DNA of 64,000 nucleotides from an uncultured Chloroflexia bacterium (GTDB taxonomy: Bacteria; Chloroflexota; Anaerolineae; Caldilineales; Caldilineaceae). The position numbers and the translations under genes are program-made. Positions 28,102-37,868 of the stretch are shown in pieces (the first letter of the stretch is position 1; each line of letters starts with the position of its first letter). Under the pieces are notes generated by a model, which saw only the letters and a list, made by a program, of their open reading frames with translations, did no database searches and was not told the origin of the DNA. The stretch covers positions 68,380 to 132,379 of the forward strand of contig CAVRLX010000032.1 in the NCBI GenBank assembly GCA_963721725.1, written 5' to 3'.

Positions 28102-29856
28102 TTACCCAAATGTGCCTGCCGCACAGGCAAGAATTGCTACGCTTGAGCCTGGCATATGCAGACCCTCTTCGCCCTGTTTGATCTCGACATGGGAAGCAAG
28201 CTGTATGGACAAAGCAGATGCGCCAGCCAGCGGCACGTCTGCGGCTGCTTCGGATAGATTGCACACCACCAGCGCCTCGCCTCGATCCACCACCAGCCAG
28301 CGCGCAGTTTCGTCATAGCGGACATGAATGGGTACAAAGCTCCCGGCCCCCAACGCCGGGAGCGTGTGGCGCAGGGTAATCAACTTACGATGCCACGCCA
28401 GCAGATCGGCGTGTTTTTCCTCGCTAATCTCGCCCCAGTTCAGCTTTGAACGTTGAAATGTCTCCGCCGCTTGGGGGTCGGGAACCTGTTCCGGATCCCA
28501 GCCAAAATCGGCAAACTCGTTGCGCCGCCCTTCGCTCACCGCTTTGCCCAGTGCTTCGTCGTGAAAATCGGTGAAAAACTGAAACGGCGACGACGCGCCC
28601 CACTCTTCGCCCTGAAAAAGCATGGGCACAAATGGGCTTGTGAAAACCAGCGCCGCCCCAATTTTCAGCAGGTCCGGCGAAACCAAATGGCTCAGCCGGT
28701 CGCCTTGGGCGCGATTGCCGATCTGGTCATGGTTCTGGCTACACACCACCAGCCGATACGACGGCACATCTTTGAGCGGGCGGCCATGTTTGCGCCCGCG
28801 GAATTTAGAATAGTTGCCGTCATAGATATAGCCCTGGGCCAGCGCTTTGGCAAGCCCCGCCCAATCGCCATAATCCATGTAATAGCTATCTTGTTCGCCG
28901 GTAAAGAGCACATGCAGCGCGTGGTGAACCTCGTCGCACCACTGTGCATCCAGACCATAGCCGCCAATTTCGGGTGTTTGGATCAGGCGCGGGTTATTCA
29001 GTTCACTTTCAGCAATCAGCACCAGCGGTCGGCCCAGCCGCACCTCCAGCCGCCGGACTTCAGCGGCCAGTTCTTCGAGAAAGTGAACGGCGGATTCATC
29101 CACAAGGGCGTGGACCGCATCCAGCCGCAGCCCGTCCATGTGATAGTCGCGCAGCCACATGAGCGCGTTGTCGATGAAAAATCGGCGCACTTCGTCGCTG
29201 CCGGCGTCATCCAGATTGACAGCATCACCCCAGCCGGTTGTGTGATGATCGGTGAAATAAGGCGCAAACATGCCCAAGTAGTTGCCGTCTGGCCCCAGAT
29301 GGTTATAGACCACATCGAGAATCACCGCCAGCCCGCGCAGGTGACAGGCATTGACCAGTTGTTTGAGACCCTCTGGCCCGCCATAGGCTTGATGGGGCGC
29401 GTACAAACTGACGCCATCATAGCCCCAGCCGCGCTCGCCGGGGAAAGCCGCCACAGGCATAATCTCCACATGGGTGACGCCCAGATCAACCAAATGATCG
29501 AGCTTTTCAATCGCCGCTGCAAAGGTGCCTTCGGGGGTAAATGTGCCCATGTGCAACTCATAGATCACCGCCGCTGCCAGCGGGCGCGGCTGCCAGCCGC
29601 GGTCCGTCCAGCGGAAGGTGCTGTGATCCAGCGTGCGCGAGGGGCCATGTACGCCGTTTGGCTGCCAGGGCGAGCGCGGATCCGGCACAGGGCTGCCGCC
29701 ATTGATCACATAGGCATAGTCTGTGCCGGACCCAACTTCGGGCAGATCGATCTGCCACCAGCCGCCATTCGCCTGGCGGAGCGGCTGTCGCCCGCCTCTG
29801 CCAATTTCGATCTCTAATGTCTTGGCTTTCGGTGCCCAGACTTGGAAGTTGGTCAT
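28102..29856 (-). CDS. treZ: malto-oligosyltrehalose trehalohydrolase
   Basis: MTNFQVWAPKAKTLEI...VIYELHMGTFTPEGTF...GVTHVEIMPVAAFPGERGWGYDGV...LDVVYNHLGPDGNYL. Its ATGA overlaps the treY stop. The ORF is intact. Confidence 0.92.
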   Translation of the reverse strand: MTNFQVWAPKAKTLEIEIGRGGRQPLRQANGGWWQIDLPEVGSGTDYAYVINGGSPVPDPRSPWQPNGVHGPSRTLDHSTFRWTDRGWQPRPLAAAVIYELHMGTFTPEGTFAAAIEKLDHLVDLGVTHVEIMPVAAFPGERGWGYDGVSLYAPHQAYGGPEGLKQLVNACHLRGLAVILDVVYNHLGPDGNYLGMFAPYFTDHHTTGWGDAVNLDDAGSDEVRRFFIDNALMWLRDYHMDGLRLDAVHALVDESAVHFLEELAAEVRRLEVRLGRPLVLIAESELNNPRLIQTPEIGGYGLDAQWCDEVHHALHVLFTGEQDSYYMDYGDWAGLAKALAQGYIYDGNYSKFRGRKHGRPLKDVPSYRLVVCSQNHDQIGNRAQGDRLSHLVSPDLLKIGAALVFTSPFVPMLFQGEEWGASSPFQFFTDFHDEALGKAVSEGRRNEFADFGWDPEQVPDPQAAETFQRSKLNWGEISEEKHADLLAWHRKLITLRHTLPALGAGSFVPIHVRYDETARWLVVDRGEALVVCNLSEAAADVPLAGASALSIQLASHVEIKQGEEGLHMPGSSVAILACAAGTFG

Positions 29857-32495
29857 GCATCCTCCTTGTGTAGCAGGCAAACGGGAAAGCGTGCGAATTG
29901 CGCGCCCACGTCCAGTGCACCGCCGTCCACCGTCTCCCCGGTAAGTAGATTACGCCATGTGCCTTGTGGAATTTCTATACTGACTGCGCGCTCAATCGGT
30001 TGTGACAGCGTTAAGCGTGGCACCAGCGTAATTAGCCCTTCGCCGCGCCGGAAGCCCACCACAGAAGGCGAATCAATTTCCAATGCCTCATAGCCAGCCT
30101 CGGCATCAAAAAGCGCCGGATGTTCTTGGCGCAGGGCCAGCGCCTGCCGCGTCACCCATAATTTGGGCAATCCTTCGTCGGCACACGCCCAGATCGCCTC
30201 GGCCTCCAGACTCCCCATCTCTTGCAATAATTGCCGCCTCTGCGCGTAGTCAACCGGGCGACGATTGTCGGGATCAACCAGCGAGAAGTCCCACAGATCA
30301 TTGCCTTGATAGATGTCGGGGATGCCGGGTGCGGTGAACTTGATCAGCGTTTGTGCCAGCGAGTTGACATAGCCCGCTGAACGGATCTCGCTGACAAAGC
30401 GTTCCACGTCCTCCACAAAATTGGCGTCGGCATAGATGGCGTCGATAAAATCGGCCACACATGCCGCGTAATCAGGATCAGGATCGGTCCACGAGGTGTG
30501 GACTTTGGCCTCGCGCGTGGCCTTTTCCATGTAAGTTTTCATGCGCTCGGCATCAATCGGCCACGCCCCCACCATGTTTTGATAGAGCAGATATTGCGTG
30601 TTACGGTCGGGCAGGCCACCGGTTTTGTGCGATTGATTCTGCTCGGCCCAGCGAGTCACGGCCTCGGCCCACCGCTCTGGGATCTCGGAGATCACGTTGA
30701 GGCGGGCGCGCACATCTTCGCTGCGTTTGGTATCGTGGGTGGAACTAGCCAGCATGGTACGCGGCCAGTGTGCGGCGATTTCGGTGTTGGCAGCGTGGAA
30801 TTCGTCTACGCTCAGGCCAAAGTCACCGGGGTTGCCGCCCACCTCGTTAAGCGAAAGAAAGCGATTGTAGACATAAAAGGTCGTGTCCTCCACGCCTTTT
30901 GCCATCGCCGGCCCTGTGAATTGTTGGAAGCGGCGCACGAGTTCGGCCTCCACATCGCCTGTCGTGCGCAGCATGAGGAGATCACGGAAGAAATCGAAGA
31001 GATCGTCGCCCAGATCGGGGCGATGTGCTTTGGCTTCGGCGATGGCTTCGTCAATGTACACCACATCGCGGGCGGGCACTTCACCCTCTTCGGGCCGCAC
31101 ATAGGTGCGATAGACGGGCAGGGCTGCCGCCACTTCATAGATACATTCGCGCAATTGCCCTTCGGTGTAATCGCGCTGGCGGCGGTGACGGGCGCAGACC
31201 CTGCGAAAGAGGGCTGTGAGCCGGGCCACATCGCTGCCCAGAATCTCGCGCATCACCAGCAGCTTTTTCTCGCGTACAAGCTCAGTATAATCGGCCATCT
31301 CGCCGCTGAATTCCTCGTATAAACGGGTCAGCGGCTCCTCGGCCTTTTGGTCAACAAAGAGGCCATTCACCCGATTGAGAAAGTCATAGCCGGTTGTGCC
31401 CGCCACCGGCCAATCGGCGGGCAGCGGCTCGTCGCCTTCGAGGATTTTTTCGATCACCACCCAGGTGTCGGGCGCGTCGTTGTGCAGCCGTTCAAAGTAT
31501 TGGCCGGGATCAAATAGCCCATCGGGATGATCAAGGCGCAGCCCGTCAATGCGTCCTTCGGCCAGCCAGCCGTGGATCAGCGTGTGCGTGTCGGCGTAGA
31601 CCTGTTCGTCCTCCATGCGCAGCCCAATTAACGTGTTGATGTCGAAAAAGCGCCGATAGCCCAACTCGCCCTGAGTAATGCGCCAGAAAGCCAGCCGATA
31701 GTTCTGTTCGGACAGAAATTCGTCCAGGGCGTCGGGATCAGTGTTAATTGCCGCCACGGCACGGTCGATGGCCCCGCGCACAGAAGGCCGTTCCAAACTT
31801 AGCTCGTGTAGCAGTCGCCCCAACACCGCCTGATCGCGATAGCGACGGCGAGCGCTGGACCGGTCGGACGCTGTAGACAAGGGCAAGCGGCGATAGGCAT
31901 CGGCGAGAAAGGCCAGCGTATCCGAGCCGTTGTCCTGCGCCGCAGCGTAGACAATGCGGTGCAGCGAGCGCGGATCGACAGGATACCTGTTTTCAAAGTA
32001 GCGTAAGGTGAAATGTTCGCCGTCATAACCAAGACGGATGTCGCCATTTTCCAGCACTCGACCATAGTGATCGCCCAGCACCGGCACAAGCACCTGATTT
32101 TCGTGGCGTGCTTCGGGCGGGTTCCATTCAACGTCAAAATACGTGGCATAGCGGCTGGCGGGGCCATTCTCCAACACATCCCACCACCACGGATTTTCCG
32201 CGCCGGTAATCGCCATGTGGTTGGGCACAATGTCGAGAACATGGCCCAATCCGGCTTTTTGCAACGCCGCGTGGAAGCGTTCCAGCCCGGCGCTGCCGCC
32301 GATCTCGGCATTTACTACTGTAGGGTCCACTACGTCATAGCCGTGGGTGCTGCCCGGCGCGGCGGCCAACAGCGGCGATGTGTAGACATGGCTGATGCCC
32401 AGATCTGCCACATAGCTAAGGATCTCGGTGGCCTGGGCCAGGGTGAATTCCGGCTGAATTTGCAGCCGATAGGTGGCGCGAAGTTTATTGGACAT
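29853..32495 (-). CDS. treY: malto-oligosyltrehalose synthase
   Basis: An intact 880-aa ORF: ATYRLQIQPEFTLAQATEILSYVADLGISHVYTSPLLAAAPGSTHGYDVVDP...LDIVPNHMA. Confidence 0.92.
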   Translation of the reverse strand: MSNKLRATYRLQIQPEFTLAQATEILSYVADLGISHVYTSPLLAAAPGSTHGYDVVDPTVVNAEIGGSAGLERFHAALQKAGLGHVLDIVPNHMAITGAENPWWWDVLENGPASRYATYFDVEWNPPEARHENQVLVPVLGDHYGRVLENGDIRLGYDGEHFTLRYFENRYPVDPRSLHRIVYAAAQDNGSDTLAFLADAYRRLPLSTASDRSSARRRYRDQAVLGRLLHELSLERPSVRGAIDRAVAAINTDPDALDEFLSEQNYRLAFWRITQGELGYRRFFDINTLIGLRMEDEQVYADTHTLIHGWLAEGRIDGLRLDHPDGLFDPGQYFERLHNDAPDTWVVIEKILEGDEPLPADWPVAGTTGYDFLNRVNGLFVDQKAEEPLTRLYEEFSGEMADYTELVREKKLLVMREILGSDVARLTALFRRVCARHRRQRDYTEGQLRECIYEVAAALPVYRTYVRPEEGEVPARDVVYIDEAIAEAKAHRPDLGDDLFDFFRDLLMLRTTGDVEAELVRRFQQFTGPAMAKGVEDTTFYVYNRFLSLNEVGGNPGDFGLSVDEFHAANTEIAAHWPRTMLASSTHDTKRSEDVRARLNVISEIPERWAEAVTRWAEQNQSHKTGGLPDRNTQYLLYQNMVGAWPIDAERMKTYMEKATREAKVHTSWTDPDPDYAACVADFIDAIYADANFVEDVERFVSEIRSAGYVNSLAQTLIKFTAPGIPDIYQGNDLWDFSLVDPDNRRPVDYAQRRQLLQEMGSLEAEAIWACADEGLPKLWVTRQALALRQEHPALFDAEAGYEALEIDSPSVVGFRRGEGLITLVPRLTLSQPIERAVSIEIPQGTWRNLLTGETVDGGALDVGAQFARFPVCLLHKEDA

Positions 32496-34674
32496 GGCGC
32501 AACACCACCACTGAGCGGGCTTCTACCGGGACCGAATCCCCCTGCGTAAATTGTTCGTCGCTGGCCGTGGGGCGGTCGTTGGCCGTGTCAAAGACTTTTT
32601 CCCAGCGTTGTCCCCAATCTTCCGGGGGCAGTGTAAAAGGCAACGCTTCATAATGGGCGTTAAACATGACATAGAAGCTATCGTCGGTGACCCGGTTGCC
32701 GTGGCGGTCGGGGTGGCGCAGGGCGTTGCCGTTGAGAAAGACGGCCAACGACTTGGCAAAGCCGATTGTCCAACTCTCATCGGACATTTCGTTGCCCTCA
32801 GGCGTGAACCAGCCAATGTCATGCACATCGCTGCCGCGGATCGACATACCCTGGAACCAGCCGCGCTGCCGAAAGACCGGATGTTCGCGGCGAAAGTGAA
32901 TCAGAAAGCGGGTAAACTCAAGCAGATCTTCGTCGATATGCTCCCAATCATGCCAGGCGATCTGGCTGTCCTGGCAATAGGTGTTGTTGTTGCCGTGCTG
33001 GGTGCGGCCCTGTTCGTCGCCCGCCAGCAGCATAGGCACACCTTGTGAGAGCAGCAACGTCGTCAACATATTGCGTTTTTGGCGGGCGCGCAGCGCGTTG
33101 ATCTCCGGGTCATCGGTGGGGCCTTCAGCGCCACAGTTCCACGAGCGGTTGTGATCTTCGCCACCGCCGGGGTCATAGTTGTCGTCGTTGTGCCTCTCGT
33201 TGTAGCTCACCAGATCGTTGAGCGTAAAGCCATCGTGCGCGGTGATGAAGTTGATGCTGGCCGTGGGGCGGCGTCCGCTGGGACCGTAGAGATCCGAACT
33301 CCCTGTGAAGCGATAGGCAAACTCGGCCAGCGTGCTATCTTCGCCGCGCCAGTAATCGCGCAGCACATCGCGATAGGCGCCATTCCACTCCGTCCACCCT
33401 GGCGGGAACTTGCCCACCAAATAGCCGCCCTCGCCCAGATCCCACGGCTCGGCGATAAGCTTGACCTGCGAGATAATCGGATCTTGGTGGATGATATCAA
33501 AGAATGCGCCCAACTGATCCACCTCGTGCAGTTCGCGTGCCAGCGCCGCCGCCAGATCAAAACGGAAGCCGTCCACGTGCATCTCGGTGACCCAATAGCG
33601 CAGGCTGTCCATGATCAGTTGTAGCACGTTGGGCTGCATCATGTTAAGTGTGTTGCCCGTGCCGGTATAGTCCATGTAATAGCGCGGATCATCTTGCACC
33701 AGCCGGTAATAGGCGGCGTTGTCGATGCCGCGGAACGAGAGCGTGGGGCCAAGATGATTGCCCTCGGCGGTGTGGTTATAGACCACATCGAGGATTACTT
33801 CGATGCCTGCGCTGTGAAAGGCTTTGACCATCTCTTTGAATTCGTTGACCTGTTGGCCCATCACTCCGCCGCTGGCATAGCGCGCATCGGGCGCAAAGAA
33901 TCCAATCGAGTTATAGCCCCAATAGTTGGTCAGATCTTTTTCCACCAGATGGCGGTCGGAGACAAAATGGTGGATCGGCATGAGTTCCACGGCCGTGATG
34001 CCCAATTTTTGCAGATAGTCTAGTACCTCTGGCGTGTTCAGCCCGGCATAAGTGCCACGCAGGTCGGGCGGCACAGCCGGGTGTTGCGCTGTGAAGCCCT
34101 TCACGTGCATTTCGTAAATAACTGAATTATGCAGCGGAGTTTGTGGTGCTTTATCGTCGCCCCAATCAAAGCGAGGATCAACCACAACCGCCTTGGGCAC
34201 AAACGGCCCACTGTCCGCTTCGCTGAAAGAAAGATCCATCGCCTCGTGGCCGATGATATAGCCAAAAATGGCATCATCCCAATTTACCGTGCCCGACACT
34301 GCTTTGGCATAGGGGTCCAGGAGCAGCTTGTTGGGGTTGAAGCGGTGACCCGCTTCCGGGGCAAAGGGGCCATAGACTCGGTAGCCATAAAGCTGGCCGG
34401 GGCCGATCCCTGGCAGATAGGCGTGCCAGATCTGGTGAGTCTGCTCAGTCAGGCGCAGGCGCGAGGTCTCTTTGGACGGATCCTCTTTATCGAAAAAGCA
34501 CAGTTCGACCGCTTCGGCGTTTTGGGCAAAAAGGGTAAAGTTCACCCCTTCCCCGTCCCAGGTTGCCCCCAGCGGATAAGGTTCGCCGGGCCAAATCGGG
34601 GTGGGCGCCTTGTCGCTTTCTTCGTAGGTATGGATGCCTTCCGGCTCTAAAATTTTCTCGTGAATAGTTGACAT
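32485..34674 (-). CDS. glgX: glycogen debranching enzyme GlgX (TreX-type isoamylase)
   Basis: PLGATWDGEGVNFTLFAQNAEAVELCFFD...GYRVYGPFAPEAGHRFNPNKLLLDPYAKA...DVVYNHTAEGN...DGFRFDLA. The start is taken at MSTIHEK (34674), preceded by AAGGA. Confidence 0.92.
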   Translation of the reverse strand: MSTIHEKILEPEGIHTYEESDKAPTPIWPGEPYPLGATWDGEGVNFTLFAQNAEAVELCFFDKEDPSKETSRLRLTEQTHQIWHAYLPGIGPGQLYGYRVYGPFAPEAGHRFNPNKLLLDPYAKAVSGTVNWDDAIFGYIIGHEAMDLSFSEADSGPFVPKAVVVDPRFDWGDDKAPQTPLHNSVIYEMHVKGFTAQHPAVPPDLRGTYAGLNTPEVLDYLQKLGITAVELMPIHHFVSDRHLVEKDLTNYWGYNSIGFFAPDARYASGGVMGQQVNEFKEMVKAFHSAGIEVILDVVYNHTAEGNHLGPTLSFRGIDNAAYYRLVQDDPRYYMDYTGTGNTLNMMQPNVLQLIMDSLRYWVTEMHVDGFRFDLAAALARELHEVDQLGAFFDIIHQDPIISQVKLIAEPWDLGEGGYLVGKFPPGWTEWNGAYRDVLRDYWRGEDSTLAEFAYRFTGSSDLYGPSGRRPTASINFITAHDGFTLNDLVSYNERHNDDNYDPGGGEDHNRSWNCGAEGPTDDPEINALRARQKRNMLTTLLLSQGVPMLLAGDEQGRTQHGNNNTYCQDSQIAWHDWEHIDEDLLEFTRFLIHFRREHPVFRQRGWFQGMSIRGSDVHDIGWFTPEGNEMSDESWTIGFAKSLAVFLNGNALRHPDRHGNRVTDDSFYVMFNAHYEALPFTLPPEDWGQRWEKVFDTANDRPTASDEQFTQGDSVPVEARSVVVLRHVQ

Positions 34675-34734
34675 ACAATCGATCCTTTTACAATAAAAAT
34701 AACTTACAAAAATACCCAATAAAATAACACAGAC

Positions 34735-34762
34735 AAAAAAGCGCTCTCCACACAAGGAGAGC
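34735..34762 (-). terminator. terminator-like hairpin plus U-tract inside the putative glgX leader (attenuator candidate)
   Basis: The minus strand reads GCTCTCC-ttgtgt-GGAGAGC-gc-TTTTTT, 60-90 nt upstream of the glgX ATG. No minus-strand gene lies upstream of it. Confidence 0.55.
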
Positions 34763-34858
34763 TACCGTATGGTTGAGACAGAAAAGAATTTTCGGAAAAG
34801 TGGAATACGCCAGAGATCAAGGCAAGGTGAGGACAATCGAGCGTAGAACATATCAGCT

Positions 34859-34887
34859 ACAATATCTGATAGACAAAATTATGACAA
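34859..34887 (-). promoter_or_regulatory. candidate glgX-operon promoter (TTGTCA-17 nt-TATTGT) embedded in a palindrome
   Basis: On the minus strand, -35 is at 34887..34882 and -10 is at 34864..34859. The -10 region sits inside ATATCAG-N9-CTGATAG (34850..34872). Confidence 0.4.
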
Positions 34888-34945
34888 GAGTTTTTAATAC
34901 AAAGTGAGATATAAAGCTAGATATATTCTATTCAAATTATTTACG

Positions 34946-37081
34946 ATGCCTATGATCAATACAACCCTTGGCTTGGCTAAACATGAAAATCAACGGCAAC
35001 TGCTCCTCACGCTCTTCCTGCTGGCATTTTTGTTGGGGCTTGAGGGGCTTGGCCTGTGGCTAACCGGTGAGGCTACCTTGCGCCAAATTACACGCTTCTC
35101 GGCCATAGTAGCGGGGATGCTGCTCCTGACCGGGCTGGTGACGGCGCTCTTACGCCCTGGCCCGGATACGCGCCTGGCTGGGGTGCTGGCGATTTTGCTT
35201 GCCAGCCTGTTGGTGGTGCCTTTTGACCTAAGCAGCCTGCCTGTGCCGCCCCAGGGTGCATTTCTGGATGAACTTTCTCTCCATGCTTTGCTACGGCTCT
35301 TCAATGGAGTCATGGCGATTCCCGTAGGCTTACATTTGGTGGCACGCTTTCCCAAGCGTGCGCCCTGGCGCGCCACACCTTCGGATCGCAGTTTGTTCTT
35401 TGCCTATATAACGACAGCCATTTTGCTTCCCCTACCCTTGCTTCCTGCCAAAGGCAGCGCTCGCCTGGCTTTGGGCATCTGCGGCCTGATCTGGCTGTTG
35501 ACCCTGTGGGGGTGGATCCATTGGCTGTTGATCCAGGGGGGCTGGGGCGAAGAGAGCCGACAACAACCCATAGGCCGTCGGCAGCAAACGCTAGACAACG
35601 AAAGTGGCAATTCACAATTCACAAATCGCAATGCATCCCGCGCTGCCCAACAATCGCGGCTTCTCCTTTTCGGTTTTGTCATTGCCGAAGTGCCGCTGTT
35701 GCTGCGCCTTTTTTTCTTTGGGCTGGGCTGGGGCGATGTGCTGCCGTACAGCATGGCGCTGGTGGCGCAAATCGCGGTCCCCATGAGCGTCACCTATGGC
35801 GTGCTGCGCCACGATCTTTTTGAGATCGACGCCACCGTGCGCCGTGCTCTCGCCTATACGGCGCTCATCGCCACTTTGCTAACCGTCTACTTTGGTCTCA
35901 CGCTCTTCGTCACCGAAGTGCTGGCGCGCAGCCTCCCGCAGATTCGCGGCGTGGCGACATTGGCTGTGTTGCTGGCTGCCGCTGTGATCTTTCGCCCGCT
36001 CTATGGCAGCCTCCAACGCTTTGTAGATCGGCTTTTTTATCCCGAACGGCTGCGCTTTGAAGACGAAATTGCCGGGGCACGGCAGGCACTCCAGCAAATC
36101 CAGGGGCGCGCAAGCGTGATCCGGCTTCTCACCGCCGATCTGCCGCAACGCCTGGATCTGGTTTGGGCCTCATTGGTCTTGGCTCCCGATCAAGACGTGC
36201 CCGGTGGTCAGCGCACGCCTGTCTGGAACGAACGGCTGCTGGTGGGGGAGCGGGTTTTGGGGCGCTATTGGGTGGGGGCGCGGCGCAGCGGTTTGCTCTT
36301 TGACGGGCACGAACTGAGCCTCTTGCGCGGCGTGGTGGAGCAGGCAGCGCTGGCGTTAGCCTATGCCGAAACATTGGAAGATCTCTCGCAACTCAACCGC
36401 AGCCTGGAGGCCCAGGTGGCAGCGCGCACGGCCCAAGTGGTGGATCAACAGCGCACCCTGGCTGTGGCCGAAGATCGGCGGCGGTTGGCACGCGATCTCC
36501 ACGATTCGGTTAACCAGACCCTGTTCAGCATCAGCTTGGGCGTGCGGGCGCTGCAAAAATTGGTGACCCGCAACCCGCAGGCCGCCATCGACGGGTTAAC
36601 CGATCAAGAGCGCGCCGCCCAACAGGCTCTGGCCGAAATGCGTGCACTGTTGACCCAACTGCGCGCACCGCTGTTGACAGCACAGAGCGATTTCGTGGAA
36701 AGCTTGCGCCAACAGGCCGAAGCTTCCCGCACCCTAGGCATCAGCGTAACCCTTTCTACGCCCGACCACCTCGATTTGCCCGTCCATGTGGCAAATGAAC
36801 TGCTCTACGTTGCCAAAGAAGCGCTGCACAACGCCGCCAAATATAGCGGCGTCCACGAAATTTGTTGCACACTGGCACACCAACCCAACGGCATTTCACT
36901 TATCGTCGAAGATGCCGGCATCGGCTTTGCGCTTGATCAGATCAGACTTGTGCCCGGTCACGGTCTGGGGCTGGGCAACATGGCCGAACGCATGGCCGAA
37001 CTGGGCGGCACGCTCACAGTGCATTCGCTCCCCGGCAGCGGCACACGCATTGAGGCATGGCTGCCAGTGCACCGATCATAG
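34946..37081 (+). CDS. sensor histidine kinase (NarL/LuxR-partner type, HisKA_3 + HATPase_c) with a large polytopic N-terminal domain
   Basis: It has the H-box RRRLARDLHDSVNQTLFSISL and the ATPase blocks EALHNAAKYSG...DAGIGF...GHGLGLGNMAERMAELGG. The N-terminal ~400 aa contain multiple TM segments. Confidence 0.9.
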   Translation: MPMINTTLGLAKHENQRQLLLTLFLLAFLLGLEGLGLWLTGEATLRQITRFSAIVAGMLLLTGLVTALLRPGPDTRLAGVLAILLASLLVVPFDLSSLPVPPQGAFLDELSLHALLRLFNGVMAIPVGLHLVARFPKRAPWRATPSDRSLFFAYITTAILLPLPLLPAKGSARLALGICGLIWLLTLWGWIHWLLIQGGWGEESRQQPIGRRQQTLDNESGNSQFTNRNASRAAQQSRLLLFGFVIAEVPLLLRLFFFGLGWGDVLPYSMALVAQIAVPMSVTYGVLRHDLFEIDATVRRALAYTALIATLLTVYFGLTLFVTEVLARSLPQIRGVATLAVLLAAAVIFRPLYGSLQRFVDRLFYPERLRFEDEIAGARQALQQIQGRASVIRLLTADLPQRLDLVWASLVLAPDQDVPGGQRTPVWNERLLVGERVLGRYWVGARRSGLLFDGHELSLLRGVVEQAALALAYAETLEDLSQLNRSLEAQVAARTAQVVDQQRTLAVAEDRRRLARDLHDSVNQTLFSISLGVRALQKLVTRNPQAAIDGLTDQERAAQQALAEMRALLTQLRAPLLTAQSDFVESLRQQAEASRTLGISVTLSTPDHLDLPVHVANELLYVAKEALHNAAKYSGVHEICCTLAHQPNGISLIVEDAGIGFALDQIRLVPGHGLGLGNMAERMAELGGTLTVHSLPGSGTRIEAWLPVHRS

Positions 37082-37185
37082 ACGAATGAGCATGAACGAA
37101 GCTACATCACGTTTAACGTGGGTACATTGTCTTTCGTCCTGCATGGCGCAATTCACCATTCACATTTCCCGAAAGGACTCTATCC

Positions 37186-37833
37186 ATGATCCGCATTGCC
37201 ATCGCTGATGATCACGAAATCGTGCGCCGCGGGCTGCGTATGACCATTCAAGGCGAAGAGGACATGACACTGGTGGGGGAAGCGAGTAACGGCCAAGAGG
37301 CGCTGGATCTGGTGACGAAAACCCGCCCCGATGTGCTCTTGCTTGATCTGCAAATGCCCGGTATCAACGGCATTGAAACTGCGCTTGCCATCCGCGCCCG
37401 TTCCCTGCCCGTGCGCGTTCTTGTGCTCACCAGCTTTGAAAGCGACGCCAAACTGCACGCCGCCATGCAGGCCGGCGTGGACGGTTATTTTCTCAAAGAT
37501 ACGGCGGGCGATGCGCTGGTGGCCGCGATTCGGGGCGTGGCTGCGGGCGCTCCTCAACTGCACCCAGAGATTGCGCGGCGACTCATGCGCGGAATGGCCG
37601 CTCCGCTGACACCGATCAGCGATCTCACCGAACGCGAGCGCGATGTATTACGGCTGCTGACGTTGGGCATGAGCAACAAAGAGATCGGCAGCCAACTGGT
37701 GCTCACCGAGCAGACGGTCAAAGGCTACGTCAGCGCTATCTTGGGCAAACTGCACGTCTCGGACCGCACCCAGGCCGCGCTGCTGGCCGTGCGCTATGGC
37801 GTGGTGGGGTTGGACGAGTTGCCGGATCCGTAA
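37186..37833 (+). CDS. response regulator, NarL/LuxR family
   Basis: The receiver domain reads MIRIAIADDHEIVRRGL...DVLLLDLQMPGINGIE. The LuxR HTH reads LTERERDVLRLLTLGMSNKEIGSQLVLTEQTVKGYVSAILGKL. A GAAAGGA RBS is present. Confidence 0.92.
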   Translation: MIRIAIADDHEIVRRGLRMTIQGEEDMTLVGEASNGQEALDLVTKTRPDVLLLDLQMPGINGIETALAIRARSLPVRVLVLTSFESDAKLHAAMQAGVDGYFLKDTAGDALVAAIRGVAAGAPQLHPEIARRLMRGMAAPLTPISDLTERERDVLRLLTLGMSNKEIGSQLVLTEQTVKGYVSAILGKLHVSDRTQAALLAVRYGVVGLDELPDP

Positions 37834-37868
37834 AAGGAGCCGGTGGGCAGAGATGGGGCGGTGACTTT

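Noticed and set aside
28453-29817. A 454-aa plus-strand ORF.
   Set aside because: It is antisense to intact treZ and has no motifs, so I treat it as a shadow ORF. The same reasoning applies to 30498..31322 (antisense to treY) and 24677..25549 (antisense to the SBP gene).
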